Of a stretch of 64,000 bases of DNA, positions 14,809 through 35,200 are shown one piece after another. The stretch comes from the human T2T-CHM13v2.0 reference genome, Homo sapiens. Position 1 is the stretch's first letter; every line of letters begins with the position of its first letter. The stretch lies in the NCBI RefSeq assembly GCF_009914755.1, contig NC_060937.1. The stretch is one strand, 5' to 3'. The notes under the pieces are model-generated. The model did not search any database and was not told where the DNA came from. It saw only the letters and a program-made list of their open reading frames with translations. Made by a program: the position numbers and the translations under genes.

Positions 14809-15382
14809 TATATTACTTTCTAAATGCCAAGTACTATATTTCACTATCTCTGATGTTTCTCCGACCTAACATACTTAAAACATAAGTTCTTGACTGTGAT
14901 GTAAGTGCACCTTTAAAATGTACCTCTGGTAGTATTTTATTTTTTTGCTAAGTAAAAACTTAGCAAAATGACATTTTATTAGTTTTCTCCCTCTCAATTT
15001 TTGTGGCATATATCATTTTGAAATTGGGTGCATTATATACAGAAAATCAAAATAGTAACTTCAAAGCATACCATATAGATAGCATCTGCTTTCTACAAAT
15101 TGCCTACACAGACCAAACTCCCAAAATGTTATCAATGTGTTACTGCTCAAGATCTTCCAACAATGTTAATATGTCATCATTTCTACAGAAGACTACGTTT
15201 TTAGTTATACATATATTTTAAAATACTCCCAAAACATTTATTTCAAATTACTCTTCTTTCTCATTTGTTAATCATAGTTTAAGAAATATGATTAGTAGTT
15301 TTAATTCAAAATAAAAATGGTATGTTGAATAAAATATTACATAAACATAAATTAGTATAAAATAATTTAGTAAATTAAATCA

Positions 15383-15388
15383 TTTAAT
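15383..15388 (-). terminator. LPAR6: candidate LPAR6 poly(A) signal ATTAAA (alternative AATAAA at 15237-15242)
   Basis: + strand tttaat, ~320 nt downstream of the stop codon in an AU-rich 3'UTR. Confidence 0.45.
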
Positions 15389-15709
15389 ATAAAAAGGAAT
15401 TCAAAGACATTACAGATTGGCACCACATAATTTAAGTCAGTCACTTTTAGACACTAAATAACTTTAAGAGATTTTTTTTAATGAAGGAACAAATCAAAAT
15501 GGCTCAGAAAAATCAGATGGAGTGGATACACAAATAAAATACATGTTAATGCTTAACACATTGAATACAAATTTTCTTTATACTAAAGACTTTAAAATGT
15601 CCATGTGTTAATTTCTTTTGGAGGTGGAAAAATAGTTTGTCCAAAAAGACACTTTTCACAGTTGAAGGAACTTGAAAGTTCTGTCCCAGTGAGTCCTAAT
15701 GGTTTTATT

Positions 15710-16744
15710 TCAGGCAGCAGATTCATTGTCAAATATCTTACTTTTTAAGGTCTGTAGGTTATGCTGAATAAAATTCTCTGCACCATGAACTTCAGAGAAT
15801 CTGAAGTCACTTCTCCTGACAGACCAGTTTTTCATTTTTATTGAATTCTGAATTGTGTCCGATGTAAAGTAGTAAACTATAGGGTCAAAACAACAGTTGG
15901 AAACAGCAATACAGAGAGTGATTGGGTACATTGTCCTTACTGCTGCCACTACTGAGCAATTAACAAATGTTTGTGTTCTCACAAGAGAATATAAAATAAG
16001 ATTGATATTGTAAGGAACAAAACAGAAACAGAATATGATCAAATGTACAAAAATCATTTTTAAAACCTTAGTTTTGTTTATTTTGCTTCTACTTAATGTA
16101 ACAGGTTTGGTTAAAGTTTTTAGCACCATACTAGAACAAGTTACATTTAAAATTAGAGGAATAAAAAATCCCACTATTTCGATGAAAATTACAATCCTTG
16201 AGAGATATGTTTTCCATGTGGCTTCTGGAAAATTTTCAAAGCAGGCTTCTGAGGCATTGTTACCCTGAGAGTGGGTAGACTGAACAAAAACGGCGGGTGC
16301 ACTTCCTCCGATCACAGTTAACCACACGCCAGTGCAAACAATCTTTGCATTTCTTTTGGTTCTTAGAGTCTTTGACTTAAATGGGTAGACAATTGCCAGA
16401 AATCGATCTACACTAATACAGGTTAAGAACAGAATGCTTCCGTACATGTTGGTATAAAACAGCATCACAGAAATCTTACAAAGTAAATCTCCAAATGGCC
16501 AATTCCGTGTTGTGAAGTAAAAAATCCTGAAGGGTAAAGTAAAAACAAAAAGCAAGTCTGACATTGCCAAGTTAATCATGTAAGTTGTAGTTTCATTTCG
16601 GACTTTGAGGACGCAGATGAAAATGTATATGGCAACACAATTGGATATTAACCCAAGCACAAACACCATGCTGAACATGCACCCATACAAAGTGTACTTA
16701 AAGGAGTCATTATAGAAGCAGTGGGAGCTGTTAACGCTTACCAT
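15710..16744 (-). CDS. LPAR6: Lysophosphatidic acid receptor 6 (P2Y5), 344-aa class A GPCR with intronless CDS, nested antisense in RB1 intron 17
   Basis: 7 hydrophobic helices; LAMSDLL, DRF, CFVPY and DPIVY motifs; recognisable N-terminus [17 protein letters not shown]; strong Kozak ACGATGG. Confidence 0.99.
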   Translation of the reverse strand: MVSVNSSHCFYNDSFKYTLYGCMFSMVFVLGLISNCVAIYIFICVLKVRNETTTYMINLAMSDLLFVFTLPFRIFYFTTRNWPFGDLLCKISVMLFYTNMYGSILFLTCISVDRFLAIVYPFKSKTLRTKRNAKIVCTGVWLTVIGGSAPAVFVQSTHSQGNNASEACFENFPEATWKTYLSRIVIFIEIVGFFIPLILNVTCSSMVLKTLTKPVTLSRSKINKTKVLKMIFVHLIIFCFCFVPYNINLILYSLVRTQTFVNCSVVAAVRTMYPITLCIAVSNCCFDPIVYYFTSDTIQNSIKMKNWSVRRSDFRFSEVHGAENFIQHNLQTLKSKIFDNESAA

Positions 16745-18379
16745 CGTAAAGGCACGTCCAATTTTCAGTTTGGAAGCACTTTCATCAGCTGCAGTCTCCT
16801 TTGGGATTCAGATTATAACCTCTATAACCTCCAATTTATTTGCAAATTATCTGGATCTTTGGATGGTTTTATAAATATTTCCTTTTTCTCAGAAATACCC
16901 AAAAGAAACATGAAATTTGTTGCTGTAAAATTTCCGCTGGGTTCTTCAACAGGAAAATATTTTCATTTGTTAGTCTTTAGAAAATCCATGAATTCCAAGG
17001 CTCAGTTAACTGACGAGCAACCTTTAAAAAATACAGTCAACGAGTCCAACCCATAGGATTATAAATTTAAAGAAAAGCTGTGATCTGTGACCAGAATGAA
17101 ACCACTTGTCTTCTAAACTTGTATTTCAGTAGTCAAGATGAATACTCCAAAGTTAATGTTTCTTTATGCCTCAGAATGTTAAGCTTAAGTTATCAATCTT
17201 ATTTTCTTTTCAGTGCGGAGTTTCAGAGACTTAAACATTCCCAATTTGTCCCATTTTACTTCTTGCTTCTTTTAAATGAAGTTTTCCTTTTTTGTTTTCC
17301 TGCAGTGGATCCCAGATTGTGGGTAAGCAGAAGAGTCTTTTAAAGATTCCGAAATAAACTCCCAAGCTTGTTAGCTCTTGTTGAATTGAGGCCTTTTCCT
17401 CAGTTGCCAGTTGTATCTTGAGGTCGCTTTCTCTGAAGTGAAAAAGAAAGGCTTCCTAGATTTGTAATATGACATCACAGGAAGAAGAGGCTGGGTTTGG
17501 ACAAAGAAACTTTCAGCCCAGTTTGTTTGCACTTCCTTTAATCTGATAATGTGTCTGCTGGGAATATACCTAGGAGGCTTGCAAATGGTCACTGGCTGTT
17601 GAACTGCGTGGTCTGCTCATTAACTCTTTTTATGTGGAAATGCCTTCTGCGGTGCTGGCAACCTCTCAGAGTTGTTTTGATTTGTTTCAGTAGTAATAAT
17701 TGAAAGAAAAAAATCACTATTCAGCCTGTTCTCTTATTCGATTGTTTTCGTGTTTGGGATATGACAATTTAGAAAAGAAAATGTGTATGGGTGTGTATTT
17801 ATAAATTGAAATTGTTAGTGATATCTTAACATAGCATTTCAAAGAACTGTTTAATGACTATGAAACAGGGGCCTTTAACCTTTAAGGTATAACAAGCATT
17901 TGACTCTTGGTTTCTGAAAAATACTCAATATTTAATTGTTATCATTATGAGTAGCTCTTATCCTGGGTCTCATTAGTTTTTGATAAGCAATTTTCTAACA
18001 TTCTTTCCTCTTTCCTATGCAGTTGTATTAATATTTTAGAGCTGTTTAAATTTTTAAATTACTCATTTCTCCAAAAGAACAAACTCAAGAATGTTTATCT
18101 TTGGTGTGGTGTTAATTTTACTTTCTAAGCACAAAATGAAATTGCATCTTTTTAAGCAAAATTTTTTTAACCTTAAATTGATTGAAATAAGGTTTAGAGA
18201 ATAAAAATCCTACTACTTGGCAAAATTTTAGGTTCATAGTCTTATCTTCCTTCTTCCTCCCAGCTCTTCCCTTAACCCCTTAATATGACATTAACTATAT
18301 ATTGAAATATATTTCAGATTTTGTCTCCATCTAAAAGTTTCTATGAATGGTTTATATGTTTATATTTAAAGTATACTCA

Positions 18380-18693
<314 letters not shown>

Positions 18694-19492
18694 TTAAAGA
18701 CTCCAAAATCAGAAGAAGAAAGTGTGTGTAAGGTGAGGGTACTTAAATGTAGGTGTTATTTCCTCAAAGATTGAGGATATCACAACCTCTATGGCACATG
18801 TTTTTCTTGTTTTAAATATCATTTTCTTCAGAAAAGGCTAGATCTAGTTATGCCTTACTGTTATTATTTTTTTAATTTGGTCTAGTTTAAGCTGAAACTC
18901 TTCCTCTTGGGTATTAAGTAATTTAAGAACAATTTATTTTTTTCTCATAAATTACTTAGCTAGCTTAAAAATAACTTATTACAGTAAAATGTTTTGTGTT
19001 GTTTTGCACCATTCTTTCACACTCAGCAATTTTTGTCATTTGTTGATGAACTATAATCTATTTCTACTGTCTGGACTAGAAAATTCATCTATTATCAAAT
19101 GACAAAAAAAGATGAGTATTACTTATAACCAATACTTAAAATTTTGAAGGGTTGAATATCTTTTATATCACATTTGGTATAGAAAAGATGTATGTGTGTG
19201 TTCTTATTAGAAGGCTGGTAGAAGCTGAGTGAGCATTAATGAAAAAAGGAGTGGTTAATAAGCTTGTATTGTCATTGGAAAAAATTTTCTGTTAGTAGTT
19301 ATGTCTTACTGTTATTTTTTTTTTATTTGGTTCAGTATGTTTTAAAAAAACAAAATCTTAGTAATCTTCTTTCAAATTGATAGTCTCCTCTTTAGTCATC
19401 TTTAATTAATGAAATATATGCAGTTGTATATGCTGATCTCATCCTACTTTTACTTTCATTTTGAATATGGCGGCATTTTCTCATTCAAATAA

Positions 19493-19909
<417 letters not shown>

Positions 19910-20475
19910 TAGTTTTTTAATGTTTGAGTTACTGGGGCTTAAAAATGGATAGATCACTATTTGTTGAATTAGGCTTTTCATTATTATCAGTATCATAGTA
20001 AATGTTTGTATAATTCTTACCACAATTCTTGGTTCTTTGTAGATGATTCTCACATGTTTGCTGATGAATGAATCATAAACTTGAATTTTGTTGCCAGTTG
20101 TTTCTACTGAGGAAGAGCCATAGCAGAGGGACTGTTTGAACAGGAAGAAGATAATTGAATACTGCATTTTTTCCAGATATTAAATTTGGCCTCTAATTAA
20201 GGAACCAAAGGGGAATTTAGAAACTTTGAAAAATTCTTAGGTTAGAATTGGAAAAATACAGAGTAACTACTTGCAAAGGGAGGTAATGAATCCATATAAT
20301 CAATTATATTTAATAGATACTTTTGTATTTGATAAACTCAGGCAAACTGTTATTTTAATGTGAGATCTCTACACTTCTGGAACTTAACTCTGAGAATCAA
20401 CTTATTTCTTATATGGATTTTTTGGGGGGAGCGAAAATTAAACAGAGCCAGATAGATGTTAAAATGGTGAACACA

Positions 20476-26843
<6,368 letters not shown>

Positions 26844-26914
26844 AAAATGGTGAAGACAAGCCTTTTTTTAGGACTGTTGCCATAATGACCTTGTAGACTG
26901 ATTTGAAATATAGT

Positions 26915-27142
<228 letters not shown>

Positions 27143-27178
27143 CTACATATACAACCAATTCAAAATATAGTGAATCTT

Positions 27179-27475
27179 GGCCAGGATCTGTGGTTCACAC
27201 CTATAATCCCAACACTTTGGGAGGCTGAGATGAGAGGATCACTTGAGACCAGGATTTCAAGACCAGCCTAGGCAACATAGTGACACCCTGTTTCCAAAAA
27301 TTAGCCAAGTGTGGTGGTGGGCACCTGTAGTCCTGGTTACTAGGGAGGCTGAGGTGGGTGGATCACTTGGGCCCGGGAGATTGAGGCTGCATTGAGCTAT
27401 GATTGTACCATTTTACTCCATCCTGAGTGACAGAGAGAGGCCTGTTCTCAAATAAATAAGTAAATAAATAAAAAG
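27179..27475 (+). mobile_element. Alu (AluJ-like)
   Basis: full Alu, (AAAT)n tail, TSD aaatatagtgaat. Confidence 0.9.
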
Positions 27476-27581
27476 AATGAAATATAGTGAATTTCATTAT
27501 GTAATGCATCGGTTTTTAAAATTTAATGACATCTGATTCTGATTCTTTGAATACTTTCACTGCTTAAGCTGCTGGGTTGGG

Positions 27582-27681
27582 TTTTTGTTTTTGTTTTTGT
27601 TTTTGTGTTTTTGAGACGGAGTCTTGCTCTGTCATCCAGGCTGGAGTGCAGTGGCGCGATCTCGGCTCACTGCAACCTCCG
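27582..27681 (-). mobile_element. 5'-truncated Alu
   Basis: (GTTTTT)n tail, gagacggagtcttgctctg; TSD ggttgggttttt. Confidence 0.85.
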
Positions 27682-28082
27682 CAGGTTGGGTTTTTTCACT
27701 CTCAGGTATAATAGATCAAGGAGTCACCTTACACTCTTTATGTTTAAGGATTTCTGATTTTTGAAACAGGTTGCACAAGAAACATGTATAAGATTAAATA
27801 TTCTGTAAAAGGCTTCCCTTTATGTTTCAATAGCATTCTTCTTTAAAAGACCTATTTTTTTCCACAATAAGACACCGTGTTCTTTTACTATAAAATTGAT
27901 CAAAGAGGAATCGATTAAAACTTTAAAGAATTCTCTCATTAAAAGTTTCGAAGGCCATAATTGAAATTGTACATAACATTGAGAACAGGGGATATGCAAA
28001 AAGAAAAAAGAAAAAAATCAAATGAGAGAGTATGTGAGACTTAAAACAGAAATAAATTGATTTAAGTTCAAAAGAAAGTGTG

Positions 28083-28262
28083 AGCCAGGCATAGTGGTAC
28101 ACTCCTGTAGTCGAAGCTACTCTAGAGGCTGAGACAAGAGGATCACTTAAGGCCATAGGAGTTTGGGGCTTCATTGCTCTTTGATGACACCTATGAATAG
28201 CCACAGCACTCCAGCCTGGGCAACATAACGAGACACTGTCTCTTGAAGAAAGAAAGAAAAAA
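28083..28262 (+). mobile_element. FAM-like Alu monomer
   Basis: 7SL-derived monomer with atgaatagccacagcactccagcctggg. Confidence 0.75.
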
Positions 28263-29012
28263 GTATGGGACATTGATATTTTAAAATTTAAAAAGAATTA
28301 TTCTAAACTTACTTCAGTCATTTTGCATGCAGCAAATGTTTGCCATGGTGAAATGTGACTTCCATCTCTTAATTTACACTTATGCAAAAAGCAGTTTTCT
28401 CATTTGGGATTCTTTTGATGCTCATTATGATAAAATTTTCTATTTAGGTATAGAAACAAATAAACCTTTTTCAATTTGAGAAATGAACATTTGTAATTTA
28501 TGTTGACAGAATATATTTATTTTCTATAAAAATATCTTTTAGCCTAAGGAGAAAAAATCTTAAATTCTAGACTAGTATTACCATAAGTCTATCGGTATCA
28601 TTTCGAAGTGATTTACCTTCCTTTCATTATTGTAAACACTTAATACTTTATGTTACTTTTTACCGGAATGTGAGTCATCTACCCAAGTTCAAAGAGTTGA
28701 ACCAACTTTTATAGAGTTGGATGGGAGTAGAAGAGGAAAGATTTAAAGGGTGATGAATGATGATTAGAGCAAAGTAAAAGTTGATGGGAATGATGGTTGA
28801 AGCAGGTTCAAACAAGTAGGGAAAGGAAATCAAGAGGAGTGAAAATGTTATTGTGGTAAGATTTAAAACTTGAATAAGCATATTTATCTGTGCATACACT
28901 TGAGTTGTCCCTTCTTCCTTATCTTTTTTTTCCGAACTCTCTTGTTGCTTCTTCATCTCCAACTCTTAGAATCATATCACGTCTTTTCTATGGAGTCTCC
29001 TTAATCTCATCA

Positions 29013-29390
<378 letters not shown>

Positions 29391-29904
29391 AAAGAATACA
29401 AAACAAAGAAATAATTGCAATACAAGATATAACAACAGCTATTAGTAACACATAGACATGAGAATCTACGAATTTAGTAAAGAGCTTCTTGAGGAGATGA
29501 TGTGTAATGAAGGCTAGCCTTTACAGTTGAATACAAATTTTAAATTTCAGGTCTTGAAGGCTAGAGCCATTCCTGGTAATAATGTCCCATTAATATAGTC
29601 ATGCTGCCTTTCTCATCCAAAAACACAGAAAACTATTTGAGTGACTATTTTCTCCATTCTCTCAAGGATGCTATGTAACCTAGTCCTACTCTGAATTCCT
29701 GGAAGATGTTAATTCTTCACATACAATATATGCCTTGTGGCATAAAGGCTGAATTTGGTCATAAAACCTTAGTTGGGTAAGGCTAGGTGGGTTGTAGCTT
29801 TCAAAAATTTTTCACCTAGTTTAGACGCTGCAAAGTGTAATGAAAGGACCAATTTCACTAGGTGTTAAGTGACTTGGATTCTAATCCAAGTTACTAAAAA
29901 TTAA

Positions 29905-30024
29905 TGTGCGTCTCCTGAGCCCCACCTACTCAGGAGGCAGAGGTAGGAGGATCTCTTGAGCCCAGGAATTCCAGTTTAGCCTGGGCAATATAGAGAGACC
30001 TCAACTCTTAAAGGAAAAAAAAAA
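29905..30024 (+). mobile_element. FLAM-like Alu monomer
   Basis: ctactcaggaggcagaggtaggaggatctcttgagcccagg. Confidence 0.75.
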
Positions 30025-31093
30025 TGACATGACCTTGAGCAAATAATTTAGCTTCTCTATTGTATATTTGTAAAAGGAGAGTATTAAATTAGACCTATAG
30101 AATTCTTTTCAGCTCTTAGCTTTCTATCTAATTCAGTCTCCCCACTAATTTTCAATGACAAGAAAGAACATATATTATTGTTTCAATTTTACAGACCAAG
30201 AAACTAAAATTCAGAGAAGTTGTGACTTGCTTAGGATTACAAAGTGATTATTGGTGGAGAATGACGAAGTCAAAACTAAAAACTGGGTCCTCACAAGAAG
30301 TACCCAACCCAGTTCCTTATACATGTTTGTATAATGAAAGAATACAACTTAGTGAGTGCATGCATAAAGGATAATAGAAAGCACTGTGACCTAGAGATCC
30401 AGAATCCTTGATTTCTAAATTTTGACCTTACCTTGGGCAAACTCTGCCCTGAACTTTAAGATGGATATGACATGCCCTTTTGACCTTATGAAGAGTTTTC
30501 AGAATAAAATGAAATGAAAACATATTCTGAATGTAAACCTCTAAAAAGATACTATTATAGATGACATCACCTATAATATCTTAACTTTATAGAAATAAAG
30601 GTTATGTTGTGGGAAATCATGGAACAATAAGATTTGTTTTGTTTTCTTGACCAGATAGGATGCCTGTGCTCTGTCAGATAAAGAAGTGATCATGTGATGC
30701 ATTTGGTATGCCTTTTTTAGCACTGCTAATGTACAGCCAATTTAAATCAAATAGACATAGGCTTTGCTTATAAAAACCACATATATTTCTAAGTTAGTTT
30801 GCTTGGTGGTTAACACATTGCATATTGCATTAGTCTTAATATCCTCTAATGTTGGAGCTAGCACTGGATCCTAGAAATTCAGAATAAAAGTCCACCTTAC
30901 CCCTGTTACAACTAGCCATTCATCTTCTTTGGTATATAGTTTAGCTCTCCTTCCAGTCACTCAAGTACAACTTAGGAAACTAAAACCATAGCTGATTATT
31001 GCTGGAGCAGGAACTCGAATCCTAGTTTCTTGACTTCTAGTCAAATGTTCTCGTAGTAACAGGTAGCTTTCACCCTTTTTTTCTTACTGATGT

Positions 31094-32790
31094 TGTGCTA
31101 GTTCGTTCTTGCATTGCTGTAAAGAAATACCTGAGACTGGGTAATTTGTAAAGAAAAGAGTAGGGTTTAGTTGGCTCACGGTTCTTCAGGCTGTACAGGA
31201 AGCATGGCATCAGCTTCTCCTCAGCTTCTGGTGAGTCCTGAGGAAGTTTATATTAATGGCAGAAGTCGGAGGGGAAACAGGCATGTCACGTGGTGACAAT
31301 AGGAGCAAGAGGAAGGAGGAGGTCCCATGCCCTTTTTAAACAAGCAGATCTCTTGTGAACTAACTGAGCGAGAGCTCGGTTATCACCAAGGGGGTGGTGC
31401 TAAACCATTCATGAGGGATCCACCCCCCTGATGTAGTCATCTTCTACCAAACCTCACCTCCAGCATTGGGGAGCACACTTCAACACGAGTCATCTACCAA
31501 ACCTCACCTCCAGCATTGGGGAGCACACTTCAACACGAGTCATCTTCTACCAAACCTCACCTCCAGCATTGGGGAGCACACTTCAACACGAGTCATCTTC
31601 TACCAAACCTCACCTCCAGCATTGGGGAGCACACTTCAACACGAGTCATCTTCTACCAAACCTCACCTCCAGCATTGGGGAGCACATTTCAACACGAGTC
31701 ATCTTCTACCAAACCTCACCTCCAGCATTGGGGAGCACACTTCAACACGAGTCATCTTCTACCAAACCTCACCTCCAGCATTGGGGAGCACACTTCAACA
31801 CGAGTCATCTTCTACCAAACCTCACTTCCAGCATTGGGGAGCACACTTCAACACGAGTCATCTTCTACCAAACCTCACCTCCAGCATTGGGGAGCACACT
31901 TCAACACGAGTCATCTTCTACCAAACCTCACCTCCAGCATTGGGGAGCACATTTCAACACGAGTCATCTTCTACCAAACCTCTCCTCCAGCATTGGGGAG
32001 CACACTTCAACACGAGTCATCTTCTACCAAACCTCACCTCCAGCATTGGGGAGCACACTTCAACACGAGTCATCTTCTACCAAACCTCACCTCCAGCATT
32101 GGGGAGCACACTTCAACACGAGTCATCTTCTACCAAACCTTACCTCCAGCACTGGGGAGCACACTTCAACACGAGTCATCTTCTACCAAACCTCACCTCC
32201 AGCACTGGGGAGCACATTTCAACACGAGTCATCTTCTACCAAACCTCACCTCCAGCATTGGGGAGCACATTTCAACACGAGTCATCTTCTACCAAACCTC
32301 ACCTCCAGCATTGGGGAGCACATTTCAACACGAGTCATCTTCTACCAAACCTCACCTCCAGCATTGGGGAGCACATTTCAACACGAGTCATCTTCTACCA
32401 AACCTCACCTCCAGCATTGGGGAGCACATTTCAACACGAGTCATCTTCTACCAAACCTCACCTCCAGCATTGGGGAGCACATTTCAACACGAGTCATCTT
32501 CTACCAAACCTCACCTCCAGCATTGGGGAGCACATTTCAACACGAGTCATCTTCTACCAAACCTCACCTCCAGCATTGGGGAGCACATTTCAACACGAGT
32601 CATCTTCTACCAAACCTCACCTCCAGCATTGGGGAGCACATTTCAACACGAGTCATCTTCTACCAAACCTCACCTCCAGCATTGGGGATCACATTTCAAC
32701 ACGAGTCATCTTCTACCAAACCTCACCTCCAGCATTGGGGATCACATTTCAACACGAGATTTGGAAGGGACAAACATTGAAACCATATCA
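31094..32790 (-). mobile_element. MST-family (MaLR) solo LTR containing an expanded VNTR
   Basis: TG...CA ends (tgtgctagt ... aaaccatatca), MST motifs (aaagaaatacctgagactgggtaattt), 5-bp TSD gatgt/gacat. Confidence 0.88.
31436..32757. repeat. 53-bp VNTR, 25 units (one is 50 bp); probably the known RB1 intron 17 VNTR marker
   Basis: unit gtcatcttctaccaaacctcacctccagcattggggagcaca(c/t)ttcaacacga; 1322 bp = 25x53 - 3. Confidence 0.97.
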
Positions 32791-33536
32791 GACATAAAAT
32801 AGGAAACTTGGTCCATAGCTTAGGTAAATATTAAGCAAAGAACTTTGTCTTTAAATGAGTAAGCTCTGCAGACTTTTTAAAACACTAAATTCTAACATTA
32901 TGATAGAAATTTAAGATTAAGAGATTTTAGACATTTTCATCCTTCTGTAGATTAAAATCGTATGATGACCATCCTTCATTTTTAGCTTCATCTTTATTTA
33001 TTTAAAAAGTTTGCATTTGTACATAGTAATGTGCCAAGTTTTATACAAAAGCAGGAAATATCTCTGCTGCTTTCAAATAATTAGAACAAGGGTTTTCTGT
33101 GAATAGTAAATTTAACACCTTCCAGCATAGATTATTATCAGAAATCCAAGTACTCTTCAGTTAAAGTAAACACTTATTGACTTGTATCTTTTACCTATTA
33201 CTGAGGGGTAGAAGTTAAAAAGGATTGGTCTCTCAGGATGCTCCTGGAAGCTGCATGCTTGTGGCTATAAAGCTATTCTCTGATATACCTGAATTCTTTT
33301 GCTCCCAGTAGTGAAATTGTGTGTGTATTAAAAGTTTAAGCATTGTTTACTCCCTGATTTATATTTGCTGATTTTTCATATTATTGTAATGTTATAAAAT
33401 GGAAGTGCAAAAAAGGGTTGTTTTAGTCAAACCAAGTTCGGTGCTTTGAAATGACTCAGAGGCAAGTTGCAGAAAATATTGTAGACTTAGATGTAGAAAA
33501 GATATGAGGGGGCAACGTAAGAAACTAGAAAGGATT

Positions 33537-33734
33537 GCTAGGTGCAGTGACACATGCCTGTAGTCCCAGCTACTCTGTAGGCTGAGGTGGGAAGATCACT
33601 GGAGCCCAGGAGTTCTGGGCTGTGCGCTATGCTGATTAGGTGTCCACACTAAGTTCTGCATCAATATGGTGACCTCCTGGGAGCAGGGGACTACCAGGTT
33701 GCCCAAGGAGGGGCGAACCCACCCAGGTCGGAAA
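33537..33734 (+). pseudogene. 3'-truncated, tailless 7SL (SRP RNA) retropseudogene
   Basis: Alu-domain 5' end followed by 7SL S-domain sequence (cactaagttc.gcatcaatatggtgacctcc...caggtcggaaa) that Alus lack. Confidence 0.92.
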
Positions 33735-34726
33735 GTAGAAGGATTGTGTCTCTAGGCCTCAGACTCCTTTGCATTTTTCTGTCCTCACCCTGCACATAGT
33801 GAAAATCATAAACCCACATTATTGGTGTGGTTTATAGAAGAAAAACAACTTAGAACTAAAAAAAAAACAAAAAACCTTGACCTTACGTAAAGAGATTTTC
33901 AAATGAATACACTTTTTGTGTTTTTAAAATTAAAATGTTATATGGAATTATATATATTATTTTAAAATGATTTCCTGCTTAGCTTTTTAAATTAACTGGT
34001 GCCAATCTCTCAAATAAGACAATTTATGTACCAGCAGTAATCAACTGGAAAATGTAATGAAAAATATTCAATTTACAGCAATAACAAATAGTACAAAATA
34101 CCTTAGGAATAAGCTTAATAGGCAAAGTGCAGGATGTAGATGAAAACAAAGCAAAAGACTACAAAACTTTAATAAAGGCCATAAGAGAATACTTGAACAT
34201 GTGCCAGGCAGTTTTTCTGGGACAAATCTATACATTTAATGCCAATCCAGTAAAAATCTCAGTATGTTTTCAGTGCATGTTTTTACAAGTTTGTTCACCT
34301 GTAGATACTGTGGGTTATATCACCTAGCAGTTTCATTTCTAAGAAAAAAATCCCCTCCTAATTTGCATTCTCCACACCTTCACCCAAACCAGATTATTAT
34401 TAGACTTTTAACAGGTCAAAGTAGTATCTTGTTTAGTTTGCATTTCTTTAGTTATAAGGAGTCCAGAAATAATCCCATACCCAGGGGAATTTAATGTATG
34501 ATAATTTATCCACTTCAAATCAGTGGAGAAAATTCAGGATAATTCAGTAAATGCTCATGAGTTATCAGGATAGCAATTTGAAAAAAAGAGGTAGACTTTG
34601 ATTTATTCTTTATACCAAAATAAATTCTAGCTAGATCAATAATCTCAATAAAAAATGACTCCATTTAAAAAATGACTCCATATAAGTTCTGGAAAAAAAT
34701 GAGCACGTTAGAAAAATAACAGTAGA

Positions 34727-35200
<474 letters not shown>

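Noticed and set aside
16035-17056. + strand ORFs overlapping LPAR6
   Set aside because: Short antisense shadows of the LPAR6 CDS and leader
31436-32757. CRISPR-like array
   Set aside because: Head-to-tail repeats with no unique spacers; eukaryotic LTR-derived minisatellite
31466-32802. Three overlapping 403-443 aa ORFs
   Set aside because: Artefact of a stop-free 53-bp tandem unit cycling through all three frames; TTG starts; no coding evidence
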